50,536 nucleotides of DNA from Gemmatimonadales bacterium (GCA_013813875.1 JACCQZ010000293.1:1-50536); one strand, 5' to 3'. Counted from the stretch's first letter, positions 22,971 through 34,991 are shown. The notes: a model not told the origin generated them from the sequence alone. A program made the numbers and translations.

Positions 22971-24809
22971 CTACGGCCGCAGCCTGCGCGCACCGCCGGT
23001 TCGGACGGTGACTCCTTTGAGGTCGGCCCATTCCAGCAGGGGGATCAGATACTTCCGGCTGATGCCCAGCCGGTCGCGGAGCAGAGCCGGGACGATCTCC
23101 GCCTCGAGGCCGAACTCCTCCAGCGCCCGCACGAAGCGCTCGAGCGCGGGGCGCCCGTAATAGCGGTCGCGCTCGACCGCCACGACCCTTCCACCGGCCG
23201 CCGCCAGCCGGAGCAGCGCGGTCAGATCGCTGCGGCCGGTCTGCCGCTCGAGCTCGACGACGCTCGGAGGGCTCAGCTCCCCCTGCTCCACCAGTCCCAC
23301 GATGCGATCCATTTCGGCATCTCCGCCGGCGACGCGCGGCACGAACCCGGCGAGCGCCGCGAAGCCGTCGGCCCGGCGGATCCGGCCGGCCTTACCCAGG
23401 TCATCGAGCACCGCCTCCACCAGCGCTCCGGGCGCGCGCAGAGAGTGGCGCAGGGTTTCCAGCGGAATGCCGCGATCGCTGATGTGGCTGCGATGGAAAG
23501 CGCGAGTCTTCTCCAGCGCACGCCGGCCGATCTCCTCCAGTGCGGCAGCGGCCACCCAGCGGCCGGCCACCAGGCGCGCGTCTCGGCTCCGGGTCGCCAC
23601 CCCGCTGGCTGCGCCGGGCGGAGGGCCGAGCATGATGGCCAGGGCCTCGGACCCGATGCCGTCGGGGTGGCGCTCCAGCAGCGCGGCGAGCCGGGGCGGC
23701 CCGGAGCGATCGGCCAGCCCGGCGGGCCAGAGAGCTCGCCGAGCTGGGGGCAACGGATCGAGCACCCTCCCGCCTCCCACCGTGGTGACCGGACTGTAGC
23801 TGCGGAGCACGAAGCGGTCTTCTCCCCGCCCGACCACTGGACGCTCGAGCACCAGACGGGCCAGCCCTCGCTCCCCCGGCGCGATCGGCGCCCGGGGCAA
23901 CACCCGGGCCATCACTTCCGCGGTCCCCAGATGAAAGCGTACCCGGCTTCGGGTACCGAGCGGGCGGGGCGCCGCCGAGCTCAGCGCGATTTCCACGTCG
24001 AGCGTGGTGGTGGCGGACCAGGGACTCTCCTCCGCGACCAGGACGGTTCCTCGGGACGCGGCATCGCGGTCCAAGCCGCCGATGCCCACCGCGGTTCGCG
24101 CCCCGGGTTCGCTCCGCTCTACCGGCTGGCCATGGATCTCGATGGAGCGGACCCGGCCGCGGCCGGTGCCCGGCAGGAGAGCGACCTGATCTCCCACCGA
24201 GAGGCGGCCCGACCAGGCCGTCCCGGTTACCACCGTCCCCACGCCGGCGAGAGAGAAGGCGCGGTCAACCGGCATGCGGAACAGATCCCCGGCCGGCCGG
24301 GACGGCAGGGCGAGTGCGCCGGCCAGCAGGCGAGCCCGCAGCGCCGCCAACCCGACCCCGGTCCGGGCCGAAACCGAAAGCGGCGGCTCGAACGCCACCG
24401 TAGACCCCGCCAGCCGCTCGGCGAGATCGGCGCACACCAGCTCGAGCCACTCGGGGTCGCAGAGGTCCGCCTTGGTGAGCACCGGTATGCCCCGAGGCAC
24501 GCCGAGGTGCTCCAGTACCGCGAGATGCTCCTCGGTCTGCGGCATCACACCTTCGTCCGCAGCCACCACCAGCAACGCCAGGTCCACGCCGGAGGCCCCG
24601 GCCACCATGGTGCGAACGAAGTCTTCGTGGCCGGGCACGTCTACCACGCCGGCCGTCAGCCCCGGCGCCAACTCCAGCGGAGCGAAATTGAGATCAATGG
24701 TGATCCCGCGCCGGCGCTCTTCCGCCAGCCGGTCCATGGTCCGGCCGGTGAGGGCGGCGACGAGCGCCGACTTGCCATGATCTATGTGCCCCGCGGTGCC
24801 GATGATCAT
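22971..24809 (-). CDS. selB: Selenocysteine-specific translation elongation factor
   Basis: IGTAGHIDHGKS, RGITIDL.FA, DVPGHEDFVRTM, and C-terminal winged-helix SRKYLIPLLEW SECIS-binding motif. Confidence 0.95.
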   Translation of the reverse strand: MIIGTAGHIDHGKSALVAALTGRTMDRLAEERRRGITIDLNFAPLELAPGLTAGVVDVPGHEDFVRTMVAGASGVDLALLVVAADEGVMPQTEEHLAVLEHLGVPRGIPVLTKADLCDPEWLELVCADLAERLAGSTVAFEPPLSVSARTGVGLAALRARLLAGALALPSRPAGDLFRMPVDRAFSLAGVGTVVTGTAWSGRLSVGDQVALLPGTGRGRVRSIEIHGQPVERSEPGARTAVGIGGLDRDAASRGTVLVAEESPWSATTTLDVEIALSSAAPRPLGTRSRVRFHLGTAEVMARVLPRAPIAPGERGLARLVLERPVVGRGEDRFVLRSYSPVTTVGGGRVLDPLPPARRALWPAGLADRSGPPRLAALLERHPDGIGSEALAIMLGPPPGAASGVATRSRDARLVAGRWVAAAALEEIGRRALEKTRAFHRSHISDRGIPLETLRHSLRAPGALVEAVLDDLGKAGRIRRADGFAALAGFVPRVAGGDAEMDRIVGLVEQGELSPPSVVELERQTGRSDLTALLRLAAAGGRVVAVERDRYYGRPALERFVRALEEFGLEAEIVPALLRDRLGISRKYLIPLLEWADLKGVTVRTGGARRLRP

Positions 24810-25570
24810 GCCGCCATCCAGGGCCGGCGTACCCAGAATTCGAGCGCCGGCAGCTCGGCCCCCTCGGCCAGATGGTAGCGGATATATCTGGCGAGCAGCC
24901 GGCGGTGCGCGGCGGCGTGACGGTCGTCGAGCCGGGGAAGGTCGGATGAAGCATCGAGCAACGCGCCCAAGTCCACTCGAGCCTGCTGGGGAAGCTGTGT
25001 CGCGCCGTACTGGGCCGCGCAGGTTGGACAGAGGGCCCCGCCCTCGCGGGTATTGAAAGGAAGCCCGCCCGTTGCAGGCAGCGCGGTGCCGTCGCGCACG
25101 CAGGAGTCGAGGGACGGCGCAAAGCCGAGTACGCTCACCAGCTGCCAGAGCACCCGATAGCCGAGCGGCTGCACCTCGTGGGACGGCGCCGTCTCCAGCA
25201 GGTCGAGCGACTGGCGGAAGCGCTCGTAGCTCTCGGGATGGGGGTCCGCCGGCGCGAAGTGAACCATGACCTCGGCGAGTGCCGACGCGGTGGCGTAACG
25301 CTCCAGCTCCCGGGCGAGCCCCACCCGCAGCCGGACGAGATCGAAAGCGGCGAGCGTGTGCAGCTCCCGATGCTCCTTCACCAGCAGGTGCGCCTGGCCT
25401 TCGCTGAGCAGCTGAAGGGCCGCACCGAACCTGCTCCGCGGCCGCAACGCCCCCTTGGCGATGGCGCTCTGCACTCCAAACTCCCGGGTTGCCAGCCGCA
25501 CGATCTTCGAGGTCTCGCTGTAGCGGATGGCCGAGAGTACGATGGCGGGGGTTGTGAGGAAGGTGGACAT
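24806..25570 (-). CDS. recO: DNA repair protein RecO
   Basis: AIVL....YSETSKIV.L.T.EFG, AKGALRPRSRFG, GFAP.L..C..G and GG.LC..C zinc region. Confidence 0.93.
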   Translation of the reverse strand: MSTFLTTPAIVLSAIRYSETSKIVRLATREFGVQSAIAKGALRPRSRFGAALQLLSEGQAHLLVKEHRELHTLAAFDLVRLRVGLARELERYATASALAEVMVHFAPADPHPESYERFRQSLDLLETAPSHEVQPLGYRVLWQLVSVLGFAPSLDSCVRDGTALPATGGLPFNTREGGALCPTCAAQYGATQLPQQARVDLGALLDASSDLPRLDDRHAAAHRRLLARYIRYHLAEGAELPALEFWVRRPWMAA

Positions 25571-25582
25571 GGGGGAAAGTTA

Positions 25583-25640
25583 GCTGGAGGCTGTGGGCTA
25601 TTGGCTATCGGCTAACAGCTATCGGCTCACAGCCATCGGC
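25583..25640. repeat. Degenerate 7-mer tandem array (GCTATCG-like)
   Basis: gctggag gctgtgg gctattg gctatcg gctaaca gctatcg gctcaca gccatcg. Confidence 0.75.
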
Positions 25641-25678
25641 AAAGCGGGTGGTGGACGGGTGCTCAAGGAACTTGACCG

Positions 25679-26172
25679 ATGTCAGACCAGATCTTCAGGA
25701 ACCTTCACCACGGCCCTGGTATCCTCCTCCTTCCGAATGCCTGGGACTCCGGCAGCGCCCGACTGATCGAGAGCCTCGGCGCCGCCGCGATCGCGACCAC
25801 CAGCGCCGGAGTGGCCTGGTCCCGAGGTTATCCCGACGGCGACGCACTGCCCATCGAGCAACTTCTCGTCACGGCACGCGAGATCGCCCGCGTGATCAGG
25901 GTGCCGCTGACCGCGGTGGTTCTGCAATCCAGGCGGTCGCGGCGGCAATCGCCCCGCTGCCGCTCAACATCATGCTGGTGCCGGGACTGCCGTCCGTTGC
26001 CGTACTGCAAAAAGTGGGTGTTCGCCGGCTGAGTGCGGGGGCGGCTATCGCTCAGGCTGCCTTGGGCTTTACCAGTCGCCTCACGGCTGACTTTCTTGCC
26101 GGCTCTTCGAAGGAGGTGTGTTCCGCGGCTGCCGATTACACCGCCACCAATCGGCTTTTCTCCAGCCACTGA
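25679..26172 (+). pseudogene. Isocitrate lyase/PEP mutase family, internally deleted and frameshifted
   Basis: The N-part (LPNAWD.GSARL, ATTSAGVAWS.GYPDG, VPLTA) is in one frame. It joins near 25915 to the C-part (LPLNIM..PGLPSV..L.K.GVRRLSAG) in another frame. The central D.E.GY/GINIED segment is missing. Confidence 0.8.
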
Positions 26173-26186
26173 CCGCTGAGCATAGT

Positions 26187-27281
26187 TTACTCCTCCGGCA
26201 TCCCCTCTCCCGGCACCTCTACCACGGCCGTCGCCACCGGGCACGCTCCCAGCACGATGGTTCCTACTTCCTCCAAGGTGGGGGTGAGGATGTGGGCTCG
26301 GCCGGGTTGGTTGCCGATGCAGGAGCCGGATTCGATGGCGTATACCCGGCGGCGGCTGTCCACCGCCACCGAGGTATTACTGGGAATCGCCACCCCTTCT
26401 TTCATGCCTCGGACGACGGTATTGCTGTCGGCATTGAATTCCAGCAGGCCCTCGGTGAGCGAACTCACGAATATCCTCGATTCCCGGTCGCTGGCGAGGT
26501 TGCCGGGAGCGAGGCCGAATCCCGAGAAGCTGGCGAGCTCGGTGCGGGCGACGGGATCTACGATGGAGAGGCGCCCTTCACCCTCCTGCAGGCCGCCCCG
26601 GCTCATGATATAGAGCAATCCGTCGCCGCCCACGTCGGCAAAGGCGGCATTTCCTGGACCGGTCAGGGGAATGGAGTCGGGCGCGGCGGCGCGGGTGTTG
26701 GTGGTGGGCTCGATCACCGTCAGCCAGCTCGGCCCCGCGGGCACACCGGTCTCATCCAGATTCCCGTTGAGGACGAACACCCGGCCGCGGACGAACGCGA
26801 CGCCTTGAGGGTAGCGTCCTACCTCGACATCGGAGATCTCGCCGGTCTCGTAGTTGACCCGGGAGACGGTGTTGAGGTTGGGGTTGGCCACATAGGCAAT
26901 CGAATCGTCCACGATGGCCGACCCGGTGGCGCCGGAGTTGGCGGGAAGCGGAATGCGTCGGAGGAGCACGGCCTGGCGGATGTCCACCACCGCTACCGCC
27001 GCCGCGGCTCCCAGCGGCACGATGGCGATCGCACCGCGGGCCGACACTCCAGCCGGCGTGGCCCCGCTCCCGCCGAGCGACACCTGCCTCATCGAGGTCG
27101 GCTGGTCCACCGGTACGATGTTGAGCGTGTTGGCGGTGCGGTTCACCACCAGCAGAACCTCCTGGGGATCAGGCAGCGGCGCGTTGGTTTCGGCACAGCT
27201 CGCGACCAGTGACAGGGCGAGCAGGAGCGCCGCGGGCAAAACGGCCCGGTGGATCGAAACGATGTGTAGGAGGGAGATCAT
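26187..27281 (-). CDS. YncE/BtuG-like beta-propeller lipoprotein
   Basis: Lipobox LVASC, repeated propeller blades (AYVAN, VGRYPQGVA, LSIVDP); last gene of the btuFCD-like operon. Confidence 0.75.
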   Translation of the reverse strand: MISLLHIVSIHRAVLPAALLLALSLVASCAETNAPLPDPQEVLLVVNRTANTLNIVPVDQPTSMRQVSLGGSGATPAGVSARGAIAIVPLGAAAAVAVVDIRQAVLLRRIPLPANSGATGSAIVDDSIAYVANPNLNTVSRVNYETGEISDVEVGRYPQGVAFVRGRVFVLNGNLDETGVPAGPSWLTVIEPTTNTRAAAPDSIPLTGPGNAAFADVGGDGLLYIMSRGGLQEGEGRLSIVDPVARTELASFSGFGLAPGNLASDRESRIFVSSLTEGLLEFNADSNTVVRGMKEGVAIPSNTSVAVDSRRRVYAIESGSCIGNQPGRAHILTPTLEEVGTIVLGACPVATAVVEVPGEGMPEE

Positions 27282-27739
27282 TGCTTTCGCCGGTGAACCT
27301 CGGCCTGGAGGCGCGCGACATCCGCGAGATCCTGATCGCGGCCCATTGTTCGCTTGTTGCGGATCAGGTCTTCCAGACCCAGGATGGGAACAGCGAGGCC
27401 GTCGACGCTGGCCAGCAGGCGATTGGACCACGCTCCGTCGAACTCGACACCATCAATTGACGTAAGGATATCAATGCGACTCGGCTCGATTCCCATCTGA
27501 AACACCAGATCCCGGGCGCATAGGTTTGCTTCGGTGATCTGCTCGGTCGGAGCCCCGAAGGCGATCAGAGCCCGCATCACTCGCGCCGCATTCTCGGATG
27601 ATCTTCTGATCCAGACATCGAGATCGCCGGTGGCCCGGGGCAGACCATGGCCGGCGAGCGCGTAGGCTCCCACGATGAGAAACTCAACCCCTTCCGCGTC
27701 GAACGCGGACAACATGTCTCTGAAGTCGGGATTCAGCAC
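27278..27739 (-). CDS. Nucleotidyltransferase (pol-beta superfamily, DUF6036-like)
   Basis: LIVGAYA...HG.PRATGDLDVW, RIDILT.IDGV.F, LIRNK...GR.QDLADV..L. Confidence 0.85.
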   Translation of the reverse strand: MLNPDFRDMLSAFDAEGVEFLIVGAYALAGHGLPRATGDLDVWIRRSSENAARVMRALIAFGAPTEQITEANLCARDLVFQMGIEPSRIDILTSIDGVEFDGAWSNRLLASVDGLAVPILGLEDLIRNKRTMGRDQDLADVARLQAEVHRRKQ

Positions 27740-27890
27740 GCTCGGGCTCTCCCTTGAAGGTCCATGCGTCGCGCGCCAACTGCCACATCATGGCGAGTCG
27801 CTCGCCCGGCGACCGCGCGGCCAGATCTCCAGCGCCGCGATCGTCGTGCAGACCGAGCACCCGCACCCGCATCCCTCTCCGGTCGCCCAT
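27684..27890 (-). CDS. Small (68 aa) partner of the nucleotidyltransferase, putative antitoxin/partner
   Basis: GAGGAG SD; SPGERLAMMWQL..DAW...RLQRHVVRV; overlaps the nucleotidyltransferase start. Confidence 0.65.
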   Translation of the reverse strand: MGDRRGMRVRVLGLHDDRGAGDLAARSPGERLAMMWQLARDAWTFKGEPERAESRLQRHVVRVRRGRG

Positions 27891-27903
27891 CGCGATCTCC
27901 TCA

Positions 27904-27949
27904 CTTCGACCTTCGACCTTCGACCTTCGACCTTCGACCTTCGACCTTC
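27904..27949. repeat. Perfect heptamer microsatellite (CTTCGAC)6
   Basis: Six exact copies plus a partial one between the btuD stop and the small ORF. Confidence 0.95.
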
Positions 27950-27955
27950 CCAAAC

Positions 27956-28759
27956 TTAAGCCCCCCCCTCCTCCCGCACCTCACCCGGACGCAGCGGCAC
28001 CACCTGGGGGGAGCCGTCGCACCAGGTGGTCACCGCCATCGGCCACTGAAAGACCCGGCTCAAGATGTCGCGCCGGAGCACCTCGGTGGGAGTTCCCTCC
28101 GCGACCACCGCGCCCTCGTTCAGCAGCACGATCCTGTCGGCAAAGCGCGCGGCCAGGTTCAGGTGATGGGTGATCACCAGGCCGGCCATGCCGCCGTCTA
28201 TCAACTGGCGGATCAGCTCGAGGAGCTCCATCTCGTGACGCACGTCCAACGAGGCGGTGGGCTCGTCCAGCAACAGCGCCCGCGGCTCCTGGGCCAACGC
28301 TCTGGCCACCCGTACCCGTTGCCACTCCCCGCCCGAGAGCGAGTCAATGGACCTCGCGGCGAGATCGGCGATGTCGCAGCGAGCCAGCGCGGCGCGCACC
28401 GCTTCGCGGTCGGCCGGCCTGGTGGCCGCCAGCGGCCCCAGTCTGCCGTAGCGCCCCAGCATGACCGTCTCCTCCACTCGCAGCGGGAACACTATTTCTT
28501 CCCGTTGCGGCACCACACCGAGCACGCGGGCCAGGTCGCGGCGGCGCCAGGAGGAGATCGGCCGGCCCTCCAGGGTCACCTCACCGCGCTCCAGCGGAAT
28601 CAGCCCGGTGAGCGCGCGCACCAGCGTCGTCTTCCCGCTGCCGTTGGGTCCCACCACCGCCACCAGGCGCGAAGGCGTCACGTCGCAGCTCACCCCCTGC
28701 AGCGCCGCGCGGCCGGCGCCCCGGTAGCGCACCGTCAGATCGCGCGCCCGCAGAATCAC
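27956..28759 (-). CDS. Cobalamin/iron-siderophore ABC transporter ATP-binding protein (BtuD/FecE-like)
   Basis: GPNGSGKT, LSGGEWQR, LLLDEPT, H-loop; GTGA overlap with the permease. Confidence 0.9.
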   Translation of the reverse strand: MILRARDLTVRYRGAGRAALQGVSCDVTPSRLVAVVGPNGSGKTTLVRALTGLIPLERGEVTLEGRPISSWRRRDLARVLGVVPQREEIVFPLRVEETVMLGRYGRLGPLAATRPADREAVRAALARCDIADLAARSIDSLSGGEWQRVRVARALAQEPRALLLDEPTASLDVRHEMELLELIRQLIDGGMAGLVITHHLNLAARFADRIVLLNEGAVVAEGTPTEVLRRDILSRVFQWPMAVTTWCDGSPQVVPLRPGEVREEGGA

Positions 28760-29730
28760 GCGAGCGTCCGCCGCAGGAGGAGCGCGAAAAGCGGCACCCC
28801 CACCAGCGCGGTGATGACGCCGACCGGGAGCTCCAGCGGGCGCACCACGGTGCGTGAGACGACGTCGGCCAGCACCAGAAACGATCCCCCTGCCAGGAAG
28901 ACCATCGGGAGCAGCGTGCGGTGCAGCGGCCGCGAGACGGTGCGCACGGCGTGCGGCACCACCAGTCCCACGAAGCCGATGATGCCGCACGCCGCGACAC
29001 CCGCCGCGGTGAGTAGCGCGGTGCACAGATAGATGACCCGGCGGGTTCGCTCCACCTCGGCGCCGAGATGATGGGCCGGCTCCTCGCCCAGGGCGATGAG
29101 GTCGAGGCTGCGGGCGCTCAGTCCGATGATGGCCAGCGGAAGGATGGCATAGGCCGCGAACACGCCCAGCGACTTCCAGGAGGCGGAGCCGAAGCCGCCC
29201 AGCAGCCAGAGGAAGGCGTTGCGCACGCCGGTAGCGTCGGAGAGAACGATGATGGCGCTCATGAGCGCGCCGGCGAACGAGCCTACCACCACGCCGGAGA
29301 GGAGGAGAACCCGGGGATCCAGCCGCCGGCCCACCACCAGGCTAAGCCGATACACCAGGCCCACCGCCGCGAGCGCACCGATGAATGCGGCCAGCGGAAC
29401 CGCCCAGGGTCCCGCCATCCGCGAGGCGATGGCGATGACCGCGCCGAGCCCCGCGCCTCCCGACAGGCCCAGCAGGTAGGGCTCGGCGAGCGGGTTGCGT
29501 ATCATCGCCTGAAGCGCGGCGCCACAGACGCCAAGGCTCCCGCCGACCAGAAACGCCAGCAGCACTCGCGGCGCCCGGAGCTGGCGGACGATGACGGCCG
29601 CGTCCGCGTCGGACCGCCATACACCGGACCAGACCTCCTGCAGCGAGAGCGGAACCGCTCCCGCGGAGAGTCCGAGCATGAGGCACAGCAGCACTCCGAG
29701 CACCAGGAGCGGCGAGCCGAGACGTCTCAC
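28756..29730 (-). CDS. Cobalamin/iron-siderophore ABC permease (BtuC/FecCD family)
   Basis: LRAPRV, RNPLAEPYLLG.SGGA, LGEE.A.HLG, GIIGFVGLVVPH, ELPVGVITAL.G.P.F. Confidence 0.92.
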   Translation of the reverse strand: MRRLGSPLLVLGVLLCLMLGLSAGAVPLSLQEVWSGVWRSDADAAVIVRQLRAPRVLLAFLVGGSLGVCGAALQAMIRNPLAEPYLLGLSGGAGLGAVIAIASRMAGPWAVPLAAFIGALAAVGLVYRLSLVVGRRLDPRVLLLSGVVVGSFAGALMSAIIVLSDATGVRNAFLWLLGGFGSASWKSLGVFAAYAILPLAIIGLSARSLDLIALGEEPAHHLGAEVERTRRVIYLCTALLTAAGVAACGIIGFVGLVVPHAVRTVSRPLHRTLLPMVFLAGGSFLVLADVVSRTVVRPLELPVGVITALVGVPLFALLLRRTLA

Positions 29731-30593
29731 CCGGCCGCCGCCTCGATCAATGCCGCCAGGCGGCGGATGGCGGCGGGGGCACGGGGTCCGGGGCGGTTGA
29801 ACTCCGAGCCGGTCACCGGAAGAAACCGCCGCTCTCGCACTGCTCGCACGACCTGCCACTCGGGCCGGGTAGCAAAGGCAGTGGGGCCATCCGTGGTGGT
29901 CAGAATCAGGTCGGGATCGCGCACGGCTACCGCCTCGATGCTCACCGCTCCCGCCGATGAGGCCACGTCGGCGAAGAGGTTCTGCCCGCCCGCGAGCTCG
30001 ACCAGCTGGTTCAGAAAACTGCCTCGCCCGATGGTCATCGGCGGCTGCTCCCAGACCAGCAGCAGCACCTTCGGGGGCGAGTCGGACGGCGGCCTCGAGG
30101 CGGCGGCGAGGGCAGTGTCGAATACCGCGAGCATCGAGTCGGCTCCGCGCAGGGTCCCGGTAAGACGCCCGAGCAGGCGCGCCACTCTGCCGACGTCACT
30201 CAGCGCGTCGGTGTTGAGCCGGATGGCCGGAATGCCCAGCTCCCGGAGCCGGGTGGCTGCGCCGCCGTTCTGGGCCGAGTTGTAGAGCACCACCAGGTCA
30301 GGGCGGCTGGCGAGCACCGCCTCCAGGTTGGGGTTGATGCCGTCGCCCAGGTTGGCGACCGCGCGCGCCGCGGCCGGATAGTCGCACCAGGTGGTGCGGC
30401 CCACGACCGCCGAGTCGGCGCCGATGGCAAAGAGGAGCTCGGTCGTGGCCGGAATCAGCGATACCACCCGCCGCGCCGGCAGGTCCACCCGTACGGTATC
30501 GCCCGCGTCGTCCACCACCATAGCGGGTGGGACCTCCGGCGGCTCCCGGCCGCAGCCGCCGAGGAGGAGCAGAGCGGCGAACAGTGCGCGCAT
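29727..30593 (-). CDS. Helical-backbone substrate-binding lipoprotein (BtuF-like)
   Basis: Lipobox LGGC; RVVSLIPATTELLFAIGA, VGRTTWCDYP, NLEAVLA..PDLV, RPGPR. Confidence 0.88.
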   Translation of the reverse strand: MRALFAALLLLGGCGREPPEVPPAMVVDDAGDTVRVDLPARRVVSLIPATTELLFAIGADSAVVGRTTWCDYPAAARAVANLGDGINPNLEAVLASRPDLVVLYNSAQNGGAATRLRELGIPAIRLNTDALSDVGRVARLLGRLTGTLRGADSMLAVFDTALAAASRPPSDSPPKVLLLVWEQPPMTIGRGSFLNQLVELAGGQNLFADVASSAGAVSIEAVAVRDPDLILTTTDGPTAFATRPEWQVVRAVRERRFLPVTGSEFNRPGPRAPAAIRRLAALIEAAAG

Positions 30594-30598
30594 GGCAA

Positions 30599-31729
30599 TC
30601 AACGCTCCGATCCCAGCCCCGCCAAGGTGGCTTCGAGCGCCGCCTTGAGCCGGGCGCGCTCGGCCAGATACCGCGCCCACTCCCCCGGGTCGGTCCCGCT
30701 CTCGCGATCCGCGTACCTCGCGTCGAGCGCCCCGAGTGCATCCAGCAGCCGGTTGGGCGTGCCGGGCGGCTCCTCTGCTGCTGCCGGCGAAGGCTTGCGG
30801 GCCAGCAGCAGCCAGGCCGCGGCAGCCAGGGTCAGCGCCAGGGCTCCCACCAGCGCGGCCAGCACCGGCACCGGGCCGCGCCGCGCGCCCGGAAGGGTTA
30901 CCCTCATGACGGCGCCCGGCGACATCTCTCCGGTCCAGCGGCGGAAGGAACGGCCGTCAATCAGTTGGCTATCCGCCAGCGCCAGCCCCGCGCCGCTGGC
31001 CGAAGCGCCCACCTCTTCCACCAGCAGGTTGACTATTCCCCCCTCCCGCCCGACGGGGATGGTCACCGGGCCTCCATCGCTCGGCAGCAGGTACTGCAGG
31101 GCGATCTGCTTTTCACCCGGCGCGAGCGGCGCCGCCACGTAGACCGAGTCCCCTTCCCGGCTCACCGCGTCAGGGGAGACATCGCTCTCGCCCACCTCGA
31201 TGCCGATGCTCGAGGGAGGAAGCGGACCGGTCCAGGAAGGCCGCAGCGAATCGGGCGCCACCCGGGCGCTCTCGCCATCGTTCCGCAGTACGATGAGATC
31301 CAGCACGGTGCGCGCGCCGTCCTCGTCCGGCCGAGGAATGACGATGTGGCGGGCGGCGAGCGCCACCGGTGCGGTGCTCGACGTGTCGTGAACCACCAGC
31401 CTGATGGCGGTGTCGGGCCGCTCGGGGTTGGTGTGTACCGGGGTCGAGAAATATTCGATCCCGCCGTACCGGGCGCTCAGCAGGTACAGCGCCCCGCTAT
31501 CGGCCCGAAACGAAAATCGGAACCACCCCCGCTCGCTCGAGAGCGCCGAATCAACGGGGCCCTGTATGTCGCGCCCGACCTGGTGCAGCACTACCCGGGC
31601 CGAGGCGACGTAGACGGTGTCGCCACCGCTGGGCCGGACCACCTGCCCCGCGGCGACGATCTGGGCGGAAAGCGGATGCGGCAGGAGAGCGGCGAGCCAG
31701 AGGGCGGCGGCGGCCCACCGCCGGCTCAC
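30599..31729 (-). CDS. Hypothetical membrane-anchored exported protein
   Basis: Signal peptide, beta-rich ectodomain, one TM helix, short helical C-tail; overlaps both neighbours. Confidence 0.75.
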   Translation of the reverse strand: MSRRWAAAALWLAALLPHPLSAQIVAAGQVVRPSGGDTVYVASARVVLHQVGRDIQGPVDSALSSERGWFRFSFRADSGALYLLSARYGGIEYFSTPVHTNPERPDTAIRLVVHDTSSTAPVALAARHIVIPRPDEDGARTVLDLIVLRNDGESARVAPDSLRPSWTGPLPPSSIGIEVGESDVSPDAVSREGDSVYVAAPLAPGEKQIALQYLLPSDGGPVTIPVGREGGIVNLLVEEVGASASGAGLALADSQLIDGRSFRRWTGEMSPGAVMRVTLPGARRGPVPVLAALVGALALTLAAAAWLLLARKPSPAAAEEPPGTPNRLLDALGALDARYADRESGTDPGEWARYLAERARLKAALEATLAGLGSER

Positions 31730-32220
31730 GGATTGAACTTGCCGAAGTCCTGCGGGTCCATCTTCTCGAGGTACTGCTTCAGCTTGTCAGCCTCGAGGGA
31801 GGGATCGGGTGAGGGCTCGTCGGTCTCGACGCCGCTCTGGTCGAGCAGTTGGTCGCTGGTGAAGATGGGGGCGCGCATGCGGAGGGCGAGAGCGATACTG
31901 TCCGAGGGCCGCGCGTCTACCTGGAAAATGTGGTTGTCGTCTCTGCGAATGAGCAGCTCGGCAAAGTAGGTGTTCTCCTTGACCGCGCTGATAACCACCC
32001 GGCGCAGGTCACCGCCGAGTCCGAGGAGGATCTGCTTCAGGAGATCGTGGGTGAGCGGCCGCTGCGCCTTCATACCCTGCAGCTCCATCGCGATGGCGCT
32101 GGCTTCCGCCGGGCCGATCCAGATCGGAAGCACCCGGGAGCCGTCCTTTTCCCGCAGGATCACGACCGGGGTGTTGGTATTCCGGTCGAGACCCAAGTGC
32201 GCCACCGTTACCTCGATCAT
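31726..32220 (-). CDS. Bifunctional nuclease family protein (DUF151)
   Basis: LPIWIG..EA.AI, RPLTHDL, DARPSDSIALALR. Confidence 0.92.
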   Translation of the reverse strand: MIEVTVAHLGLDRNTNTPVVILREKDGSRVLPIWIGPAEASAIAMELQGMKAQRPLTHDLLKQILLGLGGDLRRVVISAVKENTYFAELLIRRDDNHIFQVDARPSDSIALALRMRAPIFTSDQLLDQSGVETDEPSPDPSLEADKLKQYLEKMDPQDFGKFNP

Positions 32221-32283
32221 GGCTGAATTGTGCCCCTGACCGGGTCCCAACCGCAACGGGGGCTGGTCACTGCTGCTCGTCTC

Positions 32284-32378
32284 ACTACAGAGGCACAGCG
32301 GAATCACAGAGAACACGGAGCAAACAAAAAAACATGTTGTTCTCCGTGTCCTCTGTGATTCCTCTGTGCCTCTGTGGT
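32284..32378. repeat. 37-bp inverted repeat made of CACAGAG-type 9-mers with A-rich loop
   Basis: ACTACAGAGGCACAGCGGAATCACAGAGAACACGGAG / CTCCGTGTCCTCTGTGATTCCTCTGTGCCTCTGTGGT (3 mismatches). Confidence 0.85.
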
Positions 32379-32404
32379 AAACCCCAGCCAGGGAGCTCAA
32401 GGTT

Positions 32405-34991
<2,587 letters not shown>

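Noticed and set aside
27891-27953. N-terminal extension (GRSKVEGRRSKVE) of the small ORF, and similar repeat-derived extensions on ribBA, DUF151 and CoA-transferase B
   Set aside because: These are translations of non-coding repeats; better starts exist downstream
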